DNA of 63,172 nucleotides, the filler included, from Welwitschia mirabilis (Eukaryota), in NCBI GenBank assembly GCA_051453625.1. It is 4 parts of one record of this genome, joined end to end, with 100 filler letters (N's around TTAATTAATTAA, not from the genome) between each part and the next. Parts side by side here need not be neighbours in the genome. Positions count along the whole stretch, not along the records: positions 23,911 to 50,825 come from JBOZIK010000001.1; 3 more parts are not named here. One strand, 5' to 3'. The translations under genes and the position numbers were made by a program. Position 1 is the stretch's first letter, and each line of letters opens with the position of its first letter. The notes beneath the pieces are model-generated. The model saw nothing but the letters and a program-made list of their open reading frames with translations, made no database searches and was not told the DNA's origin. Of the stretch, positions 36,300 to 50,925 are shown piece after piece.

Positions 36300-39200
36300 G
36301 CTTAAGGAGTCCTTATTGTTTCTTTATATTTGATGTATGAGCTAGAGTTGGATCAGAGGTTGATAGATTTACAGTCACACTAGATTATAGATGTACATAA
36401 CACTTATTATGCATTTGAGATCTGAGAATTCTATGACCCTATGCATATGGAGCCATGAATAGATGCATAAAGATGAATGATGGACATGATTATGGCAACC
36501 ATTTCTAGCATGATGTGTTTTTACTTCTAGGGTAATTGTCACAGGATTAGAAGGTCTTGGGAGTACTCACATTCATTCTAATGGTGGTATAGAGGAGCAT
36601 AAAGCATATGACACAGTATTAGACATTCTAGCAGATGTGATGGAGGACAGATGTGGAGTATTATTCATACATCTACTTCCATCATATAGGATCTTCCATA
36701 GAGAGCTAATTCACAACATTAGCCCATATTTTTATGATAGCCACTACGTGGTAGCTCACTTCTAGATTTTGGTAGTACTCAAATAGGATGAGCATATGGA
36801 TTTACCATCCTTTATATGCAGTAGACTAAAAGCAATGGTAAAATATCAACATATTCATACTTTGGAATACCCTTGCCTTCTCTCAACCATCTTTTATTAC
36901 TTTAACATTCTAAAGCTTGTATATGAACAACAACTTACACATCTATAGACTTTAACTTGTTACTTGCAGGATATGGATGTTCAAATTCTTGATGTGGTTA
37001 AGAGACAATAGGTTCCAAAGCTAGTAGTAGGTATAACAATAGAGTATATGTAGGCTTTCTTATCAGACATAGCCTAAGGAATCAGAAATACTTTTGATTA
37101 GGGCTTTGCAGAGTTATAGTAGAGGATGATCATGATGGAGTAGAGGATGACTATAATGGAGTAGAGGGTAACTACTACAGAGTGATGGATGCATGACATT
37201 AAGAAGTAAATGACAACTATGCAAGATTGAGCATTATGCATTAAGCACAGTGTCACCATGAACATTCTAGAGGCAGTGTAAGTCCAAGAAGAGGACATAC
37301 CCTCCTTATTCTTCACCTCCTCCTATGGTTGCTAAAGCTAAATTTAGCACCATGAGGGGAGTGATTTTTATGTATATAATTGATATATTACCCTTTCATG
37401 GATTTTACTAAAAGGAAAAAGCTCATTGATTAATCTATGCATATCTTTTTGAGTTACCACTATTTTTGATACATGCACATTATTTATCTAAGTTATCATG
37501 ATTATATTTTATGATGATTTATTTGATATGATGATCAATTTTTATTTTTCATAATGTGCTAAACATTTTAAATGGAGTGCTAACATAGTTTATAAATACT
37601 TTAATGTTTGTTTTCTAATGATATTTTTCATAAGAAATTAATTTTTGCAGTCCATTTTCAACTCGGTCTTCCCTTCCATTGTCCTAATAACTCAAAGGAC
37701 GATAATACAGCCTCTTACTCTAGTAAGATGATACATTTAGTTTATTAGATTTTTACATTTTATCCTACATCATGAGAGTTTTTGTAACACCCTAACTTTA
37801 ATTACCCTAATTAACCATAATATTTTTTTTAAAGTATTAATAACTAACATGCATAACGGAACCTAGGATCAAATATTATTTAGACTCTATNNNNNNNNNN
37901 NNNNNNNNNNNNNNNNNNNNNNNNNNNNNNNNNNNNNNNNNNNNNNNNNNNNNNNNNNNNNNNNNNNNNNNNNNNNNNNNNNNNNNNNNNATTTAATTTT
38001 TTTTATTTTTACAATGTACTAAATTTTTTAAGTAGGAGGCTAACATACTTTATAAGTGCTTTAATGTTTAGTTTTTGATGATTATTTTTCAGAAGGAATT
38101 AATTTTTGTAGTCCAAGTTTTAACCCTGTCATCCTCTCCATCATCCAGACGATGGATAGGACAATAGTATAGTTACATGCTCTGCCAAGCTAGTATGTTC
38201 AATTTATTAGATTTTGACATTTTATCCTACATGATGAGATTTTATAAACTTAATTGATATTTCCCTAGTGAATCTGGTTTGTAATTGTAGTCGTTCACCT
38301 ACTTTGTTAAGGACTGACAAGGCTAAGTGGGGGGCTATGTTGTGACACTAAATTATATGCATTTGATGGAGTATTTTGAGTGCTTTTATAGGGCATTTAG
38401 ATAGATTTAGGAAATGTTTCAACAGTAATGGAGAGCTAATGCAATGATCCAGACGTTTATAATCTTTAGCATATTTGAAGGCATTTNNNNNNNNNNNNNN
38501 NNNNNNNNNNNNNNNNNNNNNNNNNNNNNNNNNNNNNNNNNNNNNNNNNNNNNNNNNNNNNNNNNNNNNNNNNNNNNNNNNNNNNNNNNNNNNNNNNNNN
38601 NNNNNNNNNNNNNNNNNNNNNNNNNNNNNNNNNNNNNNNNNNNNNNNNNNNNNNNNNNNNNNNNNNNNNNNNNNNNNNNNNNNNNNNNNNNNNNNNNNNN
38701 NNNNNNNNNNNNNNNNNNNNNNNNNNNNNNNNNNNNNNNNNNNNNNNNNNNNNNNNNNNNNNNNNNNNNNNNNNNNNNNNNNNNNNNNNNNNNNNNNNTT
38801 TCAACAGTAATGGAGAGCTAATGCAATGATCCAGACGTGTATAATCTTTAGCATATTTGAAGGCATTTTAGGTAAATCCTACTACTTAAAATTCTAAGGA
38901 GGAATTTTACAATCAAAGAGGATGATTTCACTTAACAAAAGAACTTAAACGTCCATCATCCCCCTCATGTCTGGATGATCATACTGGATGAATACATAAG
39001 CAAGTTAAAAAGGATGTTAACTAGACTAAGATGGAAGCTCATATGGATCCATTCTAATGTGGCATCATCCCCATCATTGTCTGAATGACAGTTAGGATGA
39101 CATTACACCTAATTTTAACCAATGCATCAAACTTTACCTAACTATAATAAAGTATCACACATCTTCCTTTAGTGTTGCTAAGGTTTCATCTAGTTGTTAA

Positions 39201-39993
39201 ATCTATTATTATTAAGATATTCCTTATAATACATACCTCATTTACCCTTGCTCTGATTTTCATCTTATTTTGCACCTAAAAATCTTATGATGGGAGATTG
39301 AAGGATAAGAGATCCATATATTATTACTGAGAAAATTATTACTTGGTGTTGGGCTATGTCTCCTTTATTGAGATGCTACTACTTTGTAATAAGATGTTGG
39401 GTCGACATTAATGAAATGGTTTTCTTTACTTTCTTTATGTGCATCTCCCTTATGGTTTATGTTGGTTATGATTTAGTAATAGCTTCATAGTTGATCTAGA
39501 TCATAAGGGCAACCTTTATTAAGATTAATCTTAATAGTTTAGTTCTTGGATTTTGCATTTTATAGCATAATCCTTTGCATGTTATTTATATTTTGTTCAA
39601 TGTACCTTATAGCTTATGTTGATTAGATTTTAATGATAGTTTTCCTTATTTGATCTAGATTAATAAGAACTAATCTTATGATAGGAAGATATAGTAGTCA
39701 AATAGATATTTTACTTAAAGTAGTTTTCATTTGCATTTCATTATAAGCATTGCATTAAGGTTTATCTTGCATTGTTTTCTTGCATTATTCTTTATTTCCA
39801 TTTTACTTAAATAAAGAAAAAAAGAATAAAAATACATTATCAAAATTAATTATCTATCTTTTTGCCTAATTCCTTTGATGAATTATGACATTCAGATTAA
39901 CTTTTGTCTAAAACGTATGTGTCTTATGCAAATATTTGTGATTGATAGGATTTGTTTAAGAACATTATGATTGCATAAGTACATAGTATAACA
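36300..39993 (+). mobile_element. 3' part of an Athila-like element: decayed extra (env-like position) ORF, 3' non-coding region, PPT and 3' LTR (38338-39993)
   Basis: PPT GGCTAAGTGGGGGGCTA (38321-38337) is followed by TGTTG. The region resembles the inverted copy at 55158-56750. A Tekay-like LTR end is inserted at 37783. Confidence 0.7.
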
Positions 39994-41080
39994 TTACATC
40001 AAGTAGATATTCCAAAAGATGTCAATAAGATGTTATACCAAGAAGACATTCCACATAATTAAGAAGATGTTACACTAAGGAAAATATGAGTTTTTCACTA
40101 ATATGAGTAGGTATATTACTATCTCTCGAAGAATGTGTAGAAAGATGAAAGAAATCTAGCAAATATCATTAAAACTGCCAGCACTACCAATGCCACTATT
40201 ATTCTAAAGAAACACAACAAAAATCCCATGTTTGTGTAGTTGTTTGGGGAATTAATCACTTTCTACTTATGGGATTAATCAGAAGACAAGAAGCCTTGAC
40301 AAGATGGAAGGTCAATAGTCATGGAAGATGAAAAGTTAACAGTCACCAAGAAGGTACATGGAAGACAAGAAGCCATGAGAAGATAAAAGATCAATGATCA
40401 TCCACTTGGTCATCTAGAAGACAAGAAGGTATGTAAAAAACATAAATGATATAAAACAAAATTCATCATTTATGTAATCATTAATATAATAACCTTTAGT
40501 CTGTTACAACTCTTCGGTGATTCTAATAGTCATCCTAAATACTATAAATACCCCCTTAGGTTTTCCATTTACTCATCTTAATTGGATTAATAGTTTTTGT
40601 CATGTCTGAAGAGTGATTAAGTAAAGGATCCATCCTTTGAATGTGGATAAGGGACTTCCTTGATGTTGAGCTGTGTCTTCTTTATTAGAAAACTGTTACT
40701 TTGTAACTGTTACAAAGAAGGGTGTCGCTTGATGTTGGGTTGTATATCCCTTACTAAGGATCTATTTTTAATCAGATGTGAATATTTCAATTAATTATAT
40801 ATTAGTTGATTTATTATTGTTCAAGATATTCTTTCTTATCTACCTTTTGGTTTGTGTTGATTACATTATAGTGATAGGTGCTTGTAATTATATAGATCAT
40901 AAGGACCAACTTGGTGAGAACAAGTTAGTATATTGGTTACAACTTGCATATAGGTTGCGTTAAAGTCATATCTACATTTTATATTCATTGCATTGAATTT
41001 AAATTTTGAAACTTAAAATAGAAATTATTTGCAGCAATCTTCTTATCATTCTCTTCTACAATTCCTCTCTAGAGTATGAT
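39994..41080 (+). mobile_element. LTR-like segment, possibly SIRE/Sirevirus type
   Basis: Repeated GAAGACAAGAAG motif (40282, 40361, 40417), TATA box CTATAAATACCCC (~40542) and C-rich end ATTCCTCTCTAG (~41061) reminiscent of the Sirevirus LTR terminus. Confidence 0.3.
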
Positions 41081-44000
41081 AAATAGGTTAACTCCCATGT
41101 ATTAGCACATTTTATGTGTATTTTATTAATGATTTATGGATACTAAAGATCAAAGATTAATCTTAAAGAATTATCAATTTGAGCACATGATTCACACCCT
41201 AATAAGTTGATGTTGTTACCCAGAAGGCATTCAAGGAAGCTTAGAAGGTTTAATCTCATTGCATAGGTAACTAATTTGACTTCAAGTTATTTACCTATGT
41301 AGTATGTATTCCTAGGTTAGTTTGCACTTTCACTTTCTTAGTTTAGATTACTTTATTAATTTCTGTTAGTTTTTCTTTTCTTTTCTTAGATTAAATTATA
41401 TATTTACTTCCTTAGTTTTTTTCATTTTCTAGTCTTTGCATTTATTTCTTAATTTCTATAATTTTTAATTTCTACATTACTATTAGTTTTTGCTTTTTTA
41501 GTTTTATTTATATTTTAATTTATTTTTTGGTTTTTTAATTTTAATTTTTAATTTTTGTTATTTTTTTAAATTTTTATAAGTTTTTTTAAATTTATCTAAG
41601 TTTTCATTTTCACATTATTATTAGTTTTGTGTGTAAACTCAAAGGCTATCACTTAAGGCCTATGTTTTTAATCTAATTTGATCTTAGAGATTATTATCTG
41701 AAATTTCTTATCATCTAAATTAATTCTTCTTATTCCATCCTTCTCATGTATTTCTATGAATAATGATAAAAGGACCCTTTGAAAAATATTTACTAGAAAA
41801 AAGAGAAATTCTATGGATAATGATAAAAGGCCATTATAAGAAATATTTATAGAAAGAGAGTGGTTAGTAAAAACATGATGTTGAAACTAGGAATTAGATC
41901 CCTTCCTTTTTTTTAACCTCCCTATTTTCCCCTTATTATCTAGAAAAAAGAGAAATTCTACATATAATGATAAAATACCATTATAAGAAATATTTATAGA
42001 AAGAAAGTGGTTAGTAGAAACATGATGTTAAAACAAGGAATTAGACCCCTTTCTTTTTTTAACCTCCCTTCCCCTCTTTTTTAACTTCATGTAGAAATGA
42101 CAATGAGGATTTTGAACCTTTTAGAACCGTAGGGTTACTATTAAAAGACGTGATGAAAGTACAACATGAAGAGAAACCCTCCCTAGTAACTTAGTTTAAA
42201 ATCTTAATAATTCATTATAAAATTACACTAAGGCCTTAGTTGATGTAAATATATTAAATCAATAACTTCAACCATTAACATCTTACTATCCTTGTGAAAT
42301 TTGTGAAAATAATTTCCATTACATCAAACATTATCCCATTTTACCAATACATAGAGAATTGATTCATGAAGAAGCTTGTACATTCAATAAAAAACTTAAT
42401 ACCTTTAAAAATAATCAACAATTTCATCCATGGAATATGGGATTGCAATTAGCTTTTAGACCCTCTTTTGATAATAGATATAGGGGTAATAAATTTTACT
42501 CCAATAATTTTTAGTTCAATAACTTTAACTCCAAGAACTTTTCAAATAAATTTCGGTCCAATACTCTTAGAGAAATAAAAGAGAAAATAAAGGAAGCAAT
42601 AAAGGAAGAAATGAAAAAGTTTTAAGAAAATCAAAATAAGAACCTATAGAATTTGATTGAAATCCTTGCACAAATAATGTTACAAAATCAAATATTGTAA
42701 GGTTCTTTTATAACATAACATTTTTAAACCTATCCTACCATTTCTATTACATTCCATCTTGAGAATAATGAGAATAACTTAGGAACAAGTGGTAATAATT
42801 CTTGTTTTAAAATAACAAATTATATTTTAAATCAATTTCTAATAGCTCACTCGTTAGGAGATGGTTAAAATGAGGAAAATGATGATTCAAGTCAATTATT
42901 AAATAATAAGCACGAGGATGACTATTTATTAGATGATGATATTGAGATACTAGATTATATTACCAATATCTACTTATTGTTAGAAAATCTACATGAAATA
43001 AAGTAATCAATTTATGAACAATCTAAAAGTTTCACAATCTATGATGAAGATGATGAGCACATTGCTCTTTATGATCTCTTTGATGAATCCAACAACTTAG
43101 AGAATGAGAATAATACTCAATTAGAAAAGAAAGATACATTTAAAGATTATTATGAAGAAAGTGAAAAATGAAGTTAACAAAGTGACAATGAAGACAATAA
43201 TAAGAATAAGAAGAATAATAAAGAACCCCTAGGGATTTAGTCAAACTTAATAAAGAATAGAATTATCCCTTTTAGTGCAACAACCCAGCTTAAAGAATCT
43301 ACCCATGTTTCTTCATTTCTTCCACTTGTATTTTAATATAAGATCCCAAATAACATCCTTCCTTTTACTCCTACTACCACGTTATCTTGTGATCTTAATA
43401 ATGGTAGTATTTTCCCATCTCTTCCATCTGGACATTCATGTAATTCTAAAAGCCACATCTCTTTTCTTGTTTTTAATGAAACCCACAATCTTAAGGAGTC
43501 CATTCCTAATATCTCTCAGTCTCTTTCTCTTGTAACTCCAAGTAATACTCAAAATAACACACTCCCCTCTTATATCATGTCCACTTTACTTTATTCCATT
43601 AATGAAAACTCTTTTAAAAAAGTTACCTTATTGATGAAAATCCATGTTTTGTGTTAGATGTTAGAAAGATTCTTAGTCTTGCTAAACATTCTAAGAAGCC
43701 TTTAAAAATTCCTTGAATTCATTCTTTAAGTAGTGCCCTAAATGAGTTATGTAATGATAATCATGCTTTACATAAATTTAATAAGAGATTATTTTAAATG
43801 GAATTTATCAATTTTTCATCTTTTATTTAGCTAGTAAACATTGTGTTATTAAGGTTTTATCATTTTATTTTCTTTTCTACTAATTGATTTTACTTAAAAA
43901 TGATAATATCCTATTTATGTTCTATCAATTAATTTTTATTTGATTTGGTCCTTATTCTCATGAAAAAGTACAACACAATAACATAGACCACAGCCTTAGA

Positions 44001-45480
44001 GAAATAAAATTGATTTTTATTTTTCTTTTAAATAAAGTATTGGATAAGATTTAGGATATGAGTAATAATTATTTTCCTGATTCTCTAAGATTGCTTTGGT
44101 ATTTCCTTCTTATTTTATGTTGATGTGTTTTTATCCTTATCTTTTACTTTTCATGTGCTATTCCTTAATACTTTTAACTTATTCCTTCTAATTATCACAA
44201 GTGAACTCTAAAACCATAAACTATGAATATATTACTATGATAAATCATCTAAAAAGCTTAAGTAAAGTTTTATCATCCCTTAATATTTTCAACTTGGTCA
44301 ATTGGTTTTGCTGTACAATACTAAAATGCATGTTTTTCAACAAAGTTTACCTCTAAATGGTTAGGTTCTTATCTTGTGAAAAAGTTCATTTTAATGCCTC
44401 TATTAATATTTTTGATTTGTAATTCAAAGATATCAAAAAATTCAATGAACAAAGGTTTAAAATTTATATATGATTTGATAATTTTATTTATGACTTGAAC
44501 ATAGTAGGAGCAATTAACTTGGAAGATCCTCTTGAAGAAAAAGAAAAGAATCTTCCCTTTGCCATTTTCTAAATCTTCTTTTAGCTCCATTTCTTGGTTT
44601 AAGTCATGATTCTACTTGATCATCTTTAACTTGATTCGTGTTCAAATTTCATATGTCTCATCGTGATTTAGTAATTCCTTACTTTAGGCATTATAGTAAA
44701 AAAGATTGGATTTCATTAATCTTTAGATATTACTATATCTAAATCAATCTCCTTGATTATTTCATTTTAGAATCAATTATGTTAATCAAATGCTTATTAG
44801 CTATTATGTGTTTTATTATTTTACTATAATGATTAATTAATGTTTTTAAAATAGGATCCCAAGTGCATAAAAAAAAGAAAAAAATTCAAGAGAGGACAAA
44901 ATAAAAAAGTTAACCTTCCTTAAAAATATACCATCATGTCCTACTGTAAGTGCATCAGGGAAAGTTTTCGCAATGATGAGCCTTTGGAATTGTAATATGT
45001 AGCTATGGTAACTCCATCAAAGGATCAGCTGGTNNNNNNNNNNNNNNNNNNNNNNNNNNNNNNNNNNNNNNNNNNNNNNNNNNNNNNNNNNNNNNNNNNN
45101 NNNNNNNNNNNNNNNNNNNNNNNNNNNNNNNNNGTAACTCCATCAAAGGATCAGTTGGTTATGATCTAGATTTTCTTGCAAATTCTTACTCTCTTGGTAG
45201 TGGTTACACTTCCCTCATCATGAAGAATGGTATTGCTCAATATCCCACTTAATTTCCATTATTCTAAAGTAAAAACAAAAACTCCTTGAGAAATTTTTAG
45301 TATATTGATCATTAGATGATTTTATAACCAAGTACTATGGTTGCTAAAAGATGAAGATGGATTGGATTATAGTTAAAATATAAATTGATACTTTGCAAAT
45401 AATCTTTAGATATTGGTTCTTACATTTCCTTACCAAATGATAAACTATGATACCTTTATAATAAATCATGCATCTTTTCA
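41080..45480 (+). mobile_element. Deleted (non-autonomous) Athila-like internal region: PBS, gag fragment, integrase C-terminus
   Basis: Decayed PBS TGATGTTGTTACCCAG (41208-41223); gag knuckle PCEICENNFHYIKHYP (~42289); integrase C-terminus LVLLYNTKMHVF/KFTSKWLGSYLV and NEQRFKIY (44300-44475, cf. Athila VLLFNSRL.LFPGKLKSRWSGPF and VNGQRLKHY). Contains a 147-bp-period duplication at 41793-42069. Confidence 0.75.
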
Positions 45481-45529
45481 TCAAGTAGTATTATAATTTT
45501 CTCCAAGTAATATTACTAGATTAAAATTT

Positions 45530-48500
45530 TTTTTCATGCTAATTTGTAGAATTTTGATGGGGTATTTTGAGTATTTTGTAGGACATTTATATAGGTTTAG
45601 ATATAATTCTGATGATTATGAAGAGTTAGCACTATAATCCTAGAAACACATAATTCTTAGCATATTTGGAGGAATTTTAAGCATATTCTGATACTTGGCA
45701 TTTTAGAGGAAGATAAATTATGTAGAGGGCCGCTTTCTCTTAGCTAAAAGCTTAAGAAAGTTTATTGTCCCTTATGTCATCCCCATAATAGCTAGGACGA
45801 TAGTATCGCTGACATGGATTACAAGCTGTGGGGCTGACAGTGAAGGAAGAAGTTGATGATTCACTTGTTAATAAGGCATCATCTCCAGTGTTGTCTGGAT
45901 GATAAGAAGGATGACAACTATTTTATTTTAAAAAAGTTTAATTATCTTTTGCAATGGAGTCATGTGCCCCATCTAGACTGCTAGGATTTATTATCCAAAT
46001 TTTAGGATTATGATTCTAGAATCGTAATGTAAAAATATAAATACCTCCCTTGTCCTCATTTCCAATTTATCTTTTATATTGAATATTCTTGTGACAGGAG
46101 ATTGAAGGATAGGAGGTCCATCCAATGCTACAAAGAGAAGTCTTCCTTAGTGTTGGGTTGAGTATCTTCCATTAAGGTGGTACTAATTTATTTGTAAGTG
46201 GATGTTAATTCATGATCAATATAAGAACTCATTTTACTTTTATTGTATGAATCTCCCTCATGATTTCTGTTGGTTATGATTTTGTGACATCTTCATAGTT
46301 GATCTAGATCATGAGGGCAACCTTTATTAAGGTTAACATTACTAGTTTAGATTTGCATTTACTTTATATTGCATTTCCATAATTACATCTTCTATTTGAT
46401 GTATCTTATAGCTTATGTTAGTTAATATTAGGTGATAGTTTTCTTAATTGATTTGAGTTATAAGAATTGATCTTGATGATAGAAAGATTGATAGTCAAAT
46501 AGATTTATCATTTATTACAATTGCATTTAATCATCATTCATCTTAAATTACATTTGCATTATTTCTTATTTTCATTTATAAAAGAAAAAAAACTAAGAGA
46601 ACTTTATTGAAATTAATTTCCTAACTTCTAGCCTAGTGCCTTTAATGAATTATGATATTCAAGTTGATTCTTGTTTATACCTATATGTGTTTTTCTACAA
46701 GCAATATGATTTATAGGCTTTTCTTAAGAACTCAAAGATTACATAAATTTAGACCATAACATTTTGGCAACATTACTGGGAAATGCCACAAGGAGCTAAA
46801 GGATTATCAATATCTAGATAAGTATCTCAGACTTTAATTTGAGTTATTTATTCGAAATAGTACTATATTTCTATTTTAGTTTTTATAGGTTTATTTTTTA
46901 TAGTTTTTCATTTCGGTGAAGTTAACAAACCCTATCATCTTATTTATCATCCTCATAACTAAGTGGATGATGGTCTATATTTTACTTTTTCCCCTCCTAA
47001 TTTTGGCAAAACAATTTTCTATTTTCAATAGTATAATAAAGTCAACATTATCCTTTCTATTATCTAAATGATTAAGCAAACAATAATGTGTAGTTTTGCT
47101 TCAGTTTCTAATTTTTTTTGCAATTGTTTTTTTTCTATTTTTTGTAAAATAAGTGTTCATTATTCTTTATATTATCCGAACAACATCTAAGATGATGTTT
47201 TTATATATATTCTATGTGATTGAGGATTTAAACAATTTAGTAAAAACATGAAACATCAAAGAAGATAGATCTTGATCTTTACTTTATACTTCTCTTCCTT
47301 ACCATCTTGATTAATTATCTTGTTTTATCATTCATAATTGTTTAATGAGTAGTGATAAAAGATCCCTTGGAAAAATTCTTTCTGAAAGGAGGAGAGACTC
47401 AAGAAATTCTAAGGACAATAGTATAAAAACACTTCAAGAATTTTTTGTAAAAAGAGGGATACTAATAAAAAATGATGTTAAGAATAGGAACTGGGCTTGT
47501 TCCTCTTTTTAACCTTCTTATTTTCCCCCCTTTTTGTTTTAGACTTTATATAAAAATGACAATAAAAATTTTTAATATTTTAGGGATTTCACCTCATGTA
47601 GAAAAATACTTTATCATCATTTTAGTTATTAATTTTTCATAAATTACTATGAGGAAGATCTATCTCCCATGATCTACTATGGGTACTCCTCAAGAACCAA
47701 GGTTCACGAACAGGGATATTACTAAGTGGACTTGCTTTGATAGGTGAACGTATCGAGAGGAATGCTATAGTGCTGGGGGCTGGCTCACCCCACCGTGCGT
47801 CAAACTGACGAACTGCCTTCAGCACATATGAAACCACCCTAGAACTATGAATAGATGTAACAACCCCTTCACCCAATGGAGNNNNNNNNNNNNNNNNNNN
47901 NNNNNNNNNNNNNNNNNNNNNNNNNNNNNNNNNNNNNNNNNNNNNNNNNNNNNNNNNNNNNNNNNNNNNNNNNNNNNNNNNCCTTTAGCACGTATGCAAC
48001 CACCCTAGAACTATGAATAGCTGTAACAACCCCTTCACCCGATGGAGCTTTCCCTGTCTCTTCCAATGAAAGACATGATTAACAAAATGAAGAAGAGGCA
48101 AGAAGATACGAATAAGAATCTAGAAAATATAATTGATATTTTTTAACAAATACTATTACAAAATTAAGGTTCTTTTACATCACAACATTCTCAAATATAT
48201 CCTTACACATTTGACCTTAACGAAAATGAAGAGAACCTAGAAATTAGTGATCATGATTTTTGCTTTCAAATAGAAGATGAGATTTTTAATTAAACTTCAA
48301 CATCCAATTCATTAAAAAATAATCAAAGGAGAGATAATAATAACTCGACTCAATTTTTCAACAATAAGGATAAGGATAATCATCTAATAGATGATGATGT
48401 TGAAGTATTAGATTATATTCCTACCATTCATTTATTACTAGACAATCTAAATAAGGAATTCATTCATGAAGAATTTGAAAACTTGTTAATTTATAATGAA

Positions 48501-50825
48501 GGTAATATTTACATTTCTTTTGCTAATCTTTTTGATGAAACCAAAAACTTAGAGAATGTGACTAATATCCAATAAGAGAAGGAAGATATAGGAAAAAAAA
48601 TGATGATGAATATGAAAAAAGAATTCAACAATTTAATGATGATGATAACACTGAAGAAAATGAACATAATAAAGAATACATAGAGATTTATTCCAACTTC
48701 ATAAAGGAGAGACTTATTTATTCTGCCCATGTTTCTCCATGCTATTCACCTATGCTTTTTTATAAAACTTTAAATCACATCCTTTCTTCTACTACTACTT
48801 TCACATTATTGTATAATCTTGATAATGATAACCTTCCTCCATATTCTCCATTTGAACCTTCATATTATATTTAAAGCCACATCACTTTCATTGAATTTTA
48901 TGTAACCCATAATTTTCAAAAGTATATTCCTAATATCTCTTAATATCTTCCTTTTAAAAATCCATATGATACTCAAAGTAATATAATTCCCTTTCTATTA
49001 AGTCCACTTTACTTTATGCCTTTAATGATTACTCTTTTCAAAAATATGACTTGGTGTATCTTGCAATTTTAAATTAGGAAACGCTTTATCTTCTTGATGA
49101 TAATCCATGACTATAATTAAATATTAAATAGTTTCTTAATCTTATTAAGCATTTTAAAAAGCTTTTAAAGCTTCTTAGACCCAATATTTTGTTCATGCAT
49201 CGAATGAATTATGTAATGATACTCATGACTTATGATGTTTCAATAAAAGATTATTTGTCAATGAATTTTATTATTTTTGTATCTCTTATTTGGATTCTAA
49301 AATTTATGGTATTAAAGTTTTATCATTTTACTCTCTCTTCCTCTAAATGATTTTATTTCAAAATGATTATATACCTTTTGTGTTTTACCAATTGATTTCT
49401 ATTTGATTTACTCCTTATTTTTCTAAAAAGTATAGTAACCCAGTGCACCTTTCACATAACTAATTAACTTCTCAATGGTTATGTCTTGTCTTTTAGAAAA
49501 AGTACATTTTAATGGCTCAATTAAAATGTCTAATTTAAACACTTAGCAAATTTAGAAGTTAATGGATAAAGGTTAAAAATCATTAAGACACCTATCGATT
49601 AAACCTTAAACATGATAGAAGCACTCTCTTAAACTTTCCTCCTGTCATTATCTAAATTCTACTTTAGCTAATTCTTTTAGTAAACATCACACTATCACTT
49701 GAATATTTTTAACTTGACTAATGCGTTACTTTATGAAGTTATAATGAATAGTAAATATTTTACTTGGGAATTTTATAATAATAAGATTGGATTCATCCAA
49801 TCTTAAGATAGTTGTACATCTATAACCTTTATTTTAAAGGAATATGCCTTGGTTCTTTTATTATCTCTCAATGGTATGAGTCTTTAGTTATTCGGTGTGT
49901 TCTTTTTACTTTATCCTTATTCTTATGAGTACTTGGTTATGTGGGATACATTTTTTTTACTTTTATAAGAAAAGAAAAGAAAAAAAGAAAAGGACAAAAA
50001 GAAGATGAAATAAATAATGATCATGATATTTCATATCTGAGTTAAAAAAATGGTCACCATGATGTTATACTGCAAGCTTGGTGGGGCAAATTTTCCCTAG
50101 AGGAGTCTTTGGTAGTATGATATGATAGCTATGGAAACTTGATTTGGGGGTTAATCAGCCATGTTGTGTGGGTCCTTTCTCCTTTGATAATATTTGCACT
50201 CCTGTTATCATGGAAAACTAATTTTCACTTAGAGGCTATGGGATTAATGATGTCCCTAGGGCCATCAGAGGCATTATTTGTTTTCTAGGCTCATTGAACG
50301 TACAGTATTCCCACATGATCATTTTATTTTTTTGGATTCTATTATTATTTTGGGATGTGAGTATGTAAGTTCATTTTCGAGTAGCTTTTGATTTTATCAT
50401 TCATGGATTGAAAACATTAGATATACTTAAAATCATTATAATCATTGTCTATTTAAGTAGTACTTTATGATTTTTTTTTCTTACATTATGTCATGCATCA
50501 TGATTAGGTGATTTTATGATTTATACCAAGGAAATTTAGTAGGTTTGAATTTTGGATAGGTAATAATCTTCTTCATATTTCTAGTTATCCATTTTTATTA
50601 TGTTTTCTTTAGTTGTTTTATTTGGTATTTCAAAGTCATTTTTGTACCTTTTTAATACAATATTTAGGCCTTGATCATTTAGTAGTTTTTTAGTTGTCTT
50701 TTTATTTTTCACTCATTGGTTTTTATCTATAGGGGTTGTCTTTCTTTTATCACTTTAATTGATGCATTACTTTCACCTTGATTGATGATGATATTTTTAT
50801 TTCATGATTATGCTTTTTCCATTTC
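45530..50825 (+). mobile_element. Athila-like element: 5' LTR (~45530-46761), PBS and pol-less internal region
   Basis: LTR end CATAACA followed by PBS TGGCAACATTACTGGG (46765-46780). The downstream UTR matches the reverse complement of 1640-1716, and the internal region parallels 41740-44150. Confidence 0.8.
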
Positions 50826-50925
50826 NNNNNNNNNNNNNNNNNNNNNNNNNNNNNNNNNNNNNNNNNNNNTTAATTAATTAANNNNNNNNNNNNNNNNNNN
50901 NNNNNNNNNNNNNNNNNNNNNNNNN

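Noticed and set aside
44930..45230. Conserved block considered as a hammerhead ribozyme (retrozyme)
   Set aside because: No CUGAnGA...GAAA core with the required stems could be identified by eye.
47660..48070. GC-richer patch considered as a captured host gene fragment
   Set aside because: One + frame is Gln/Pro-rich once C>T stops are reverted and runs into the retroelement coiled-coil region shared with ~42570-42700, so it is better explained as element-internal gag linker.
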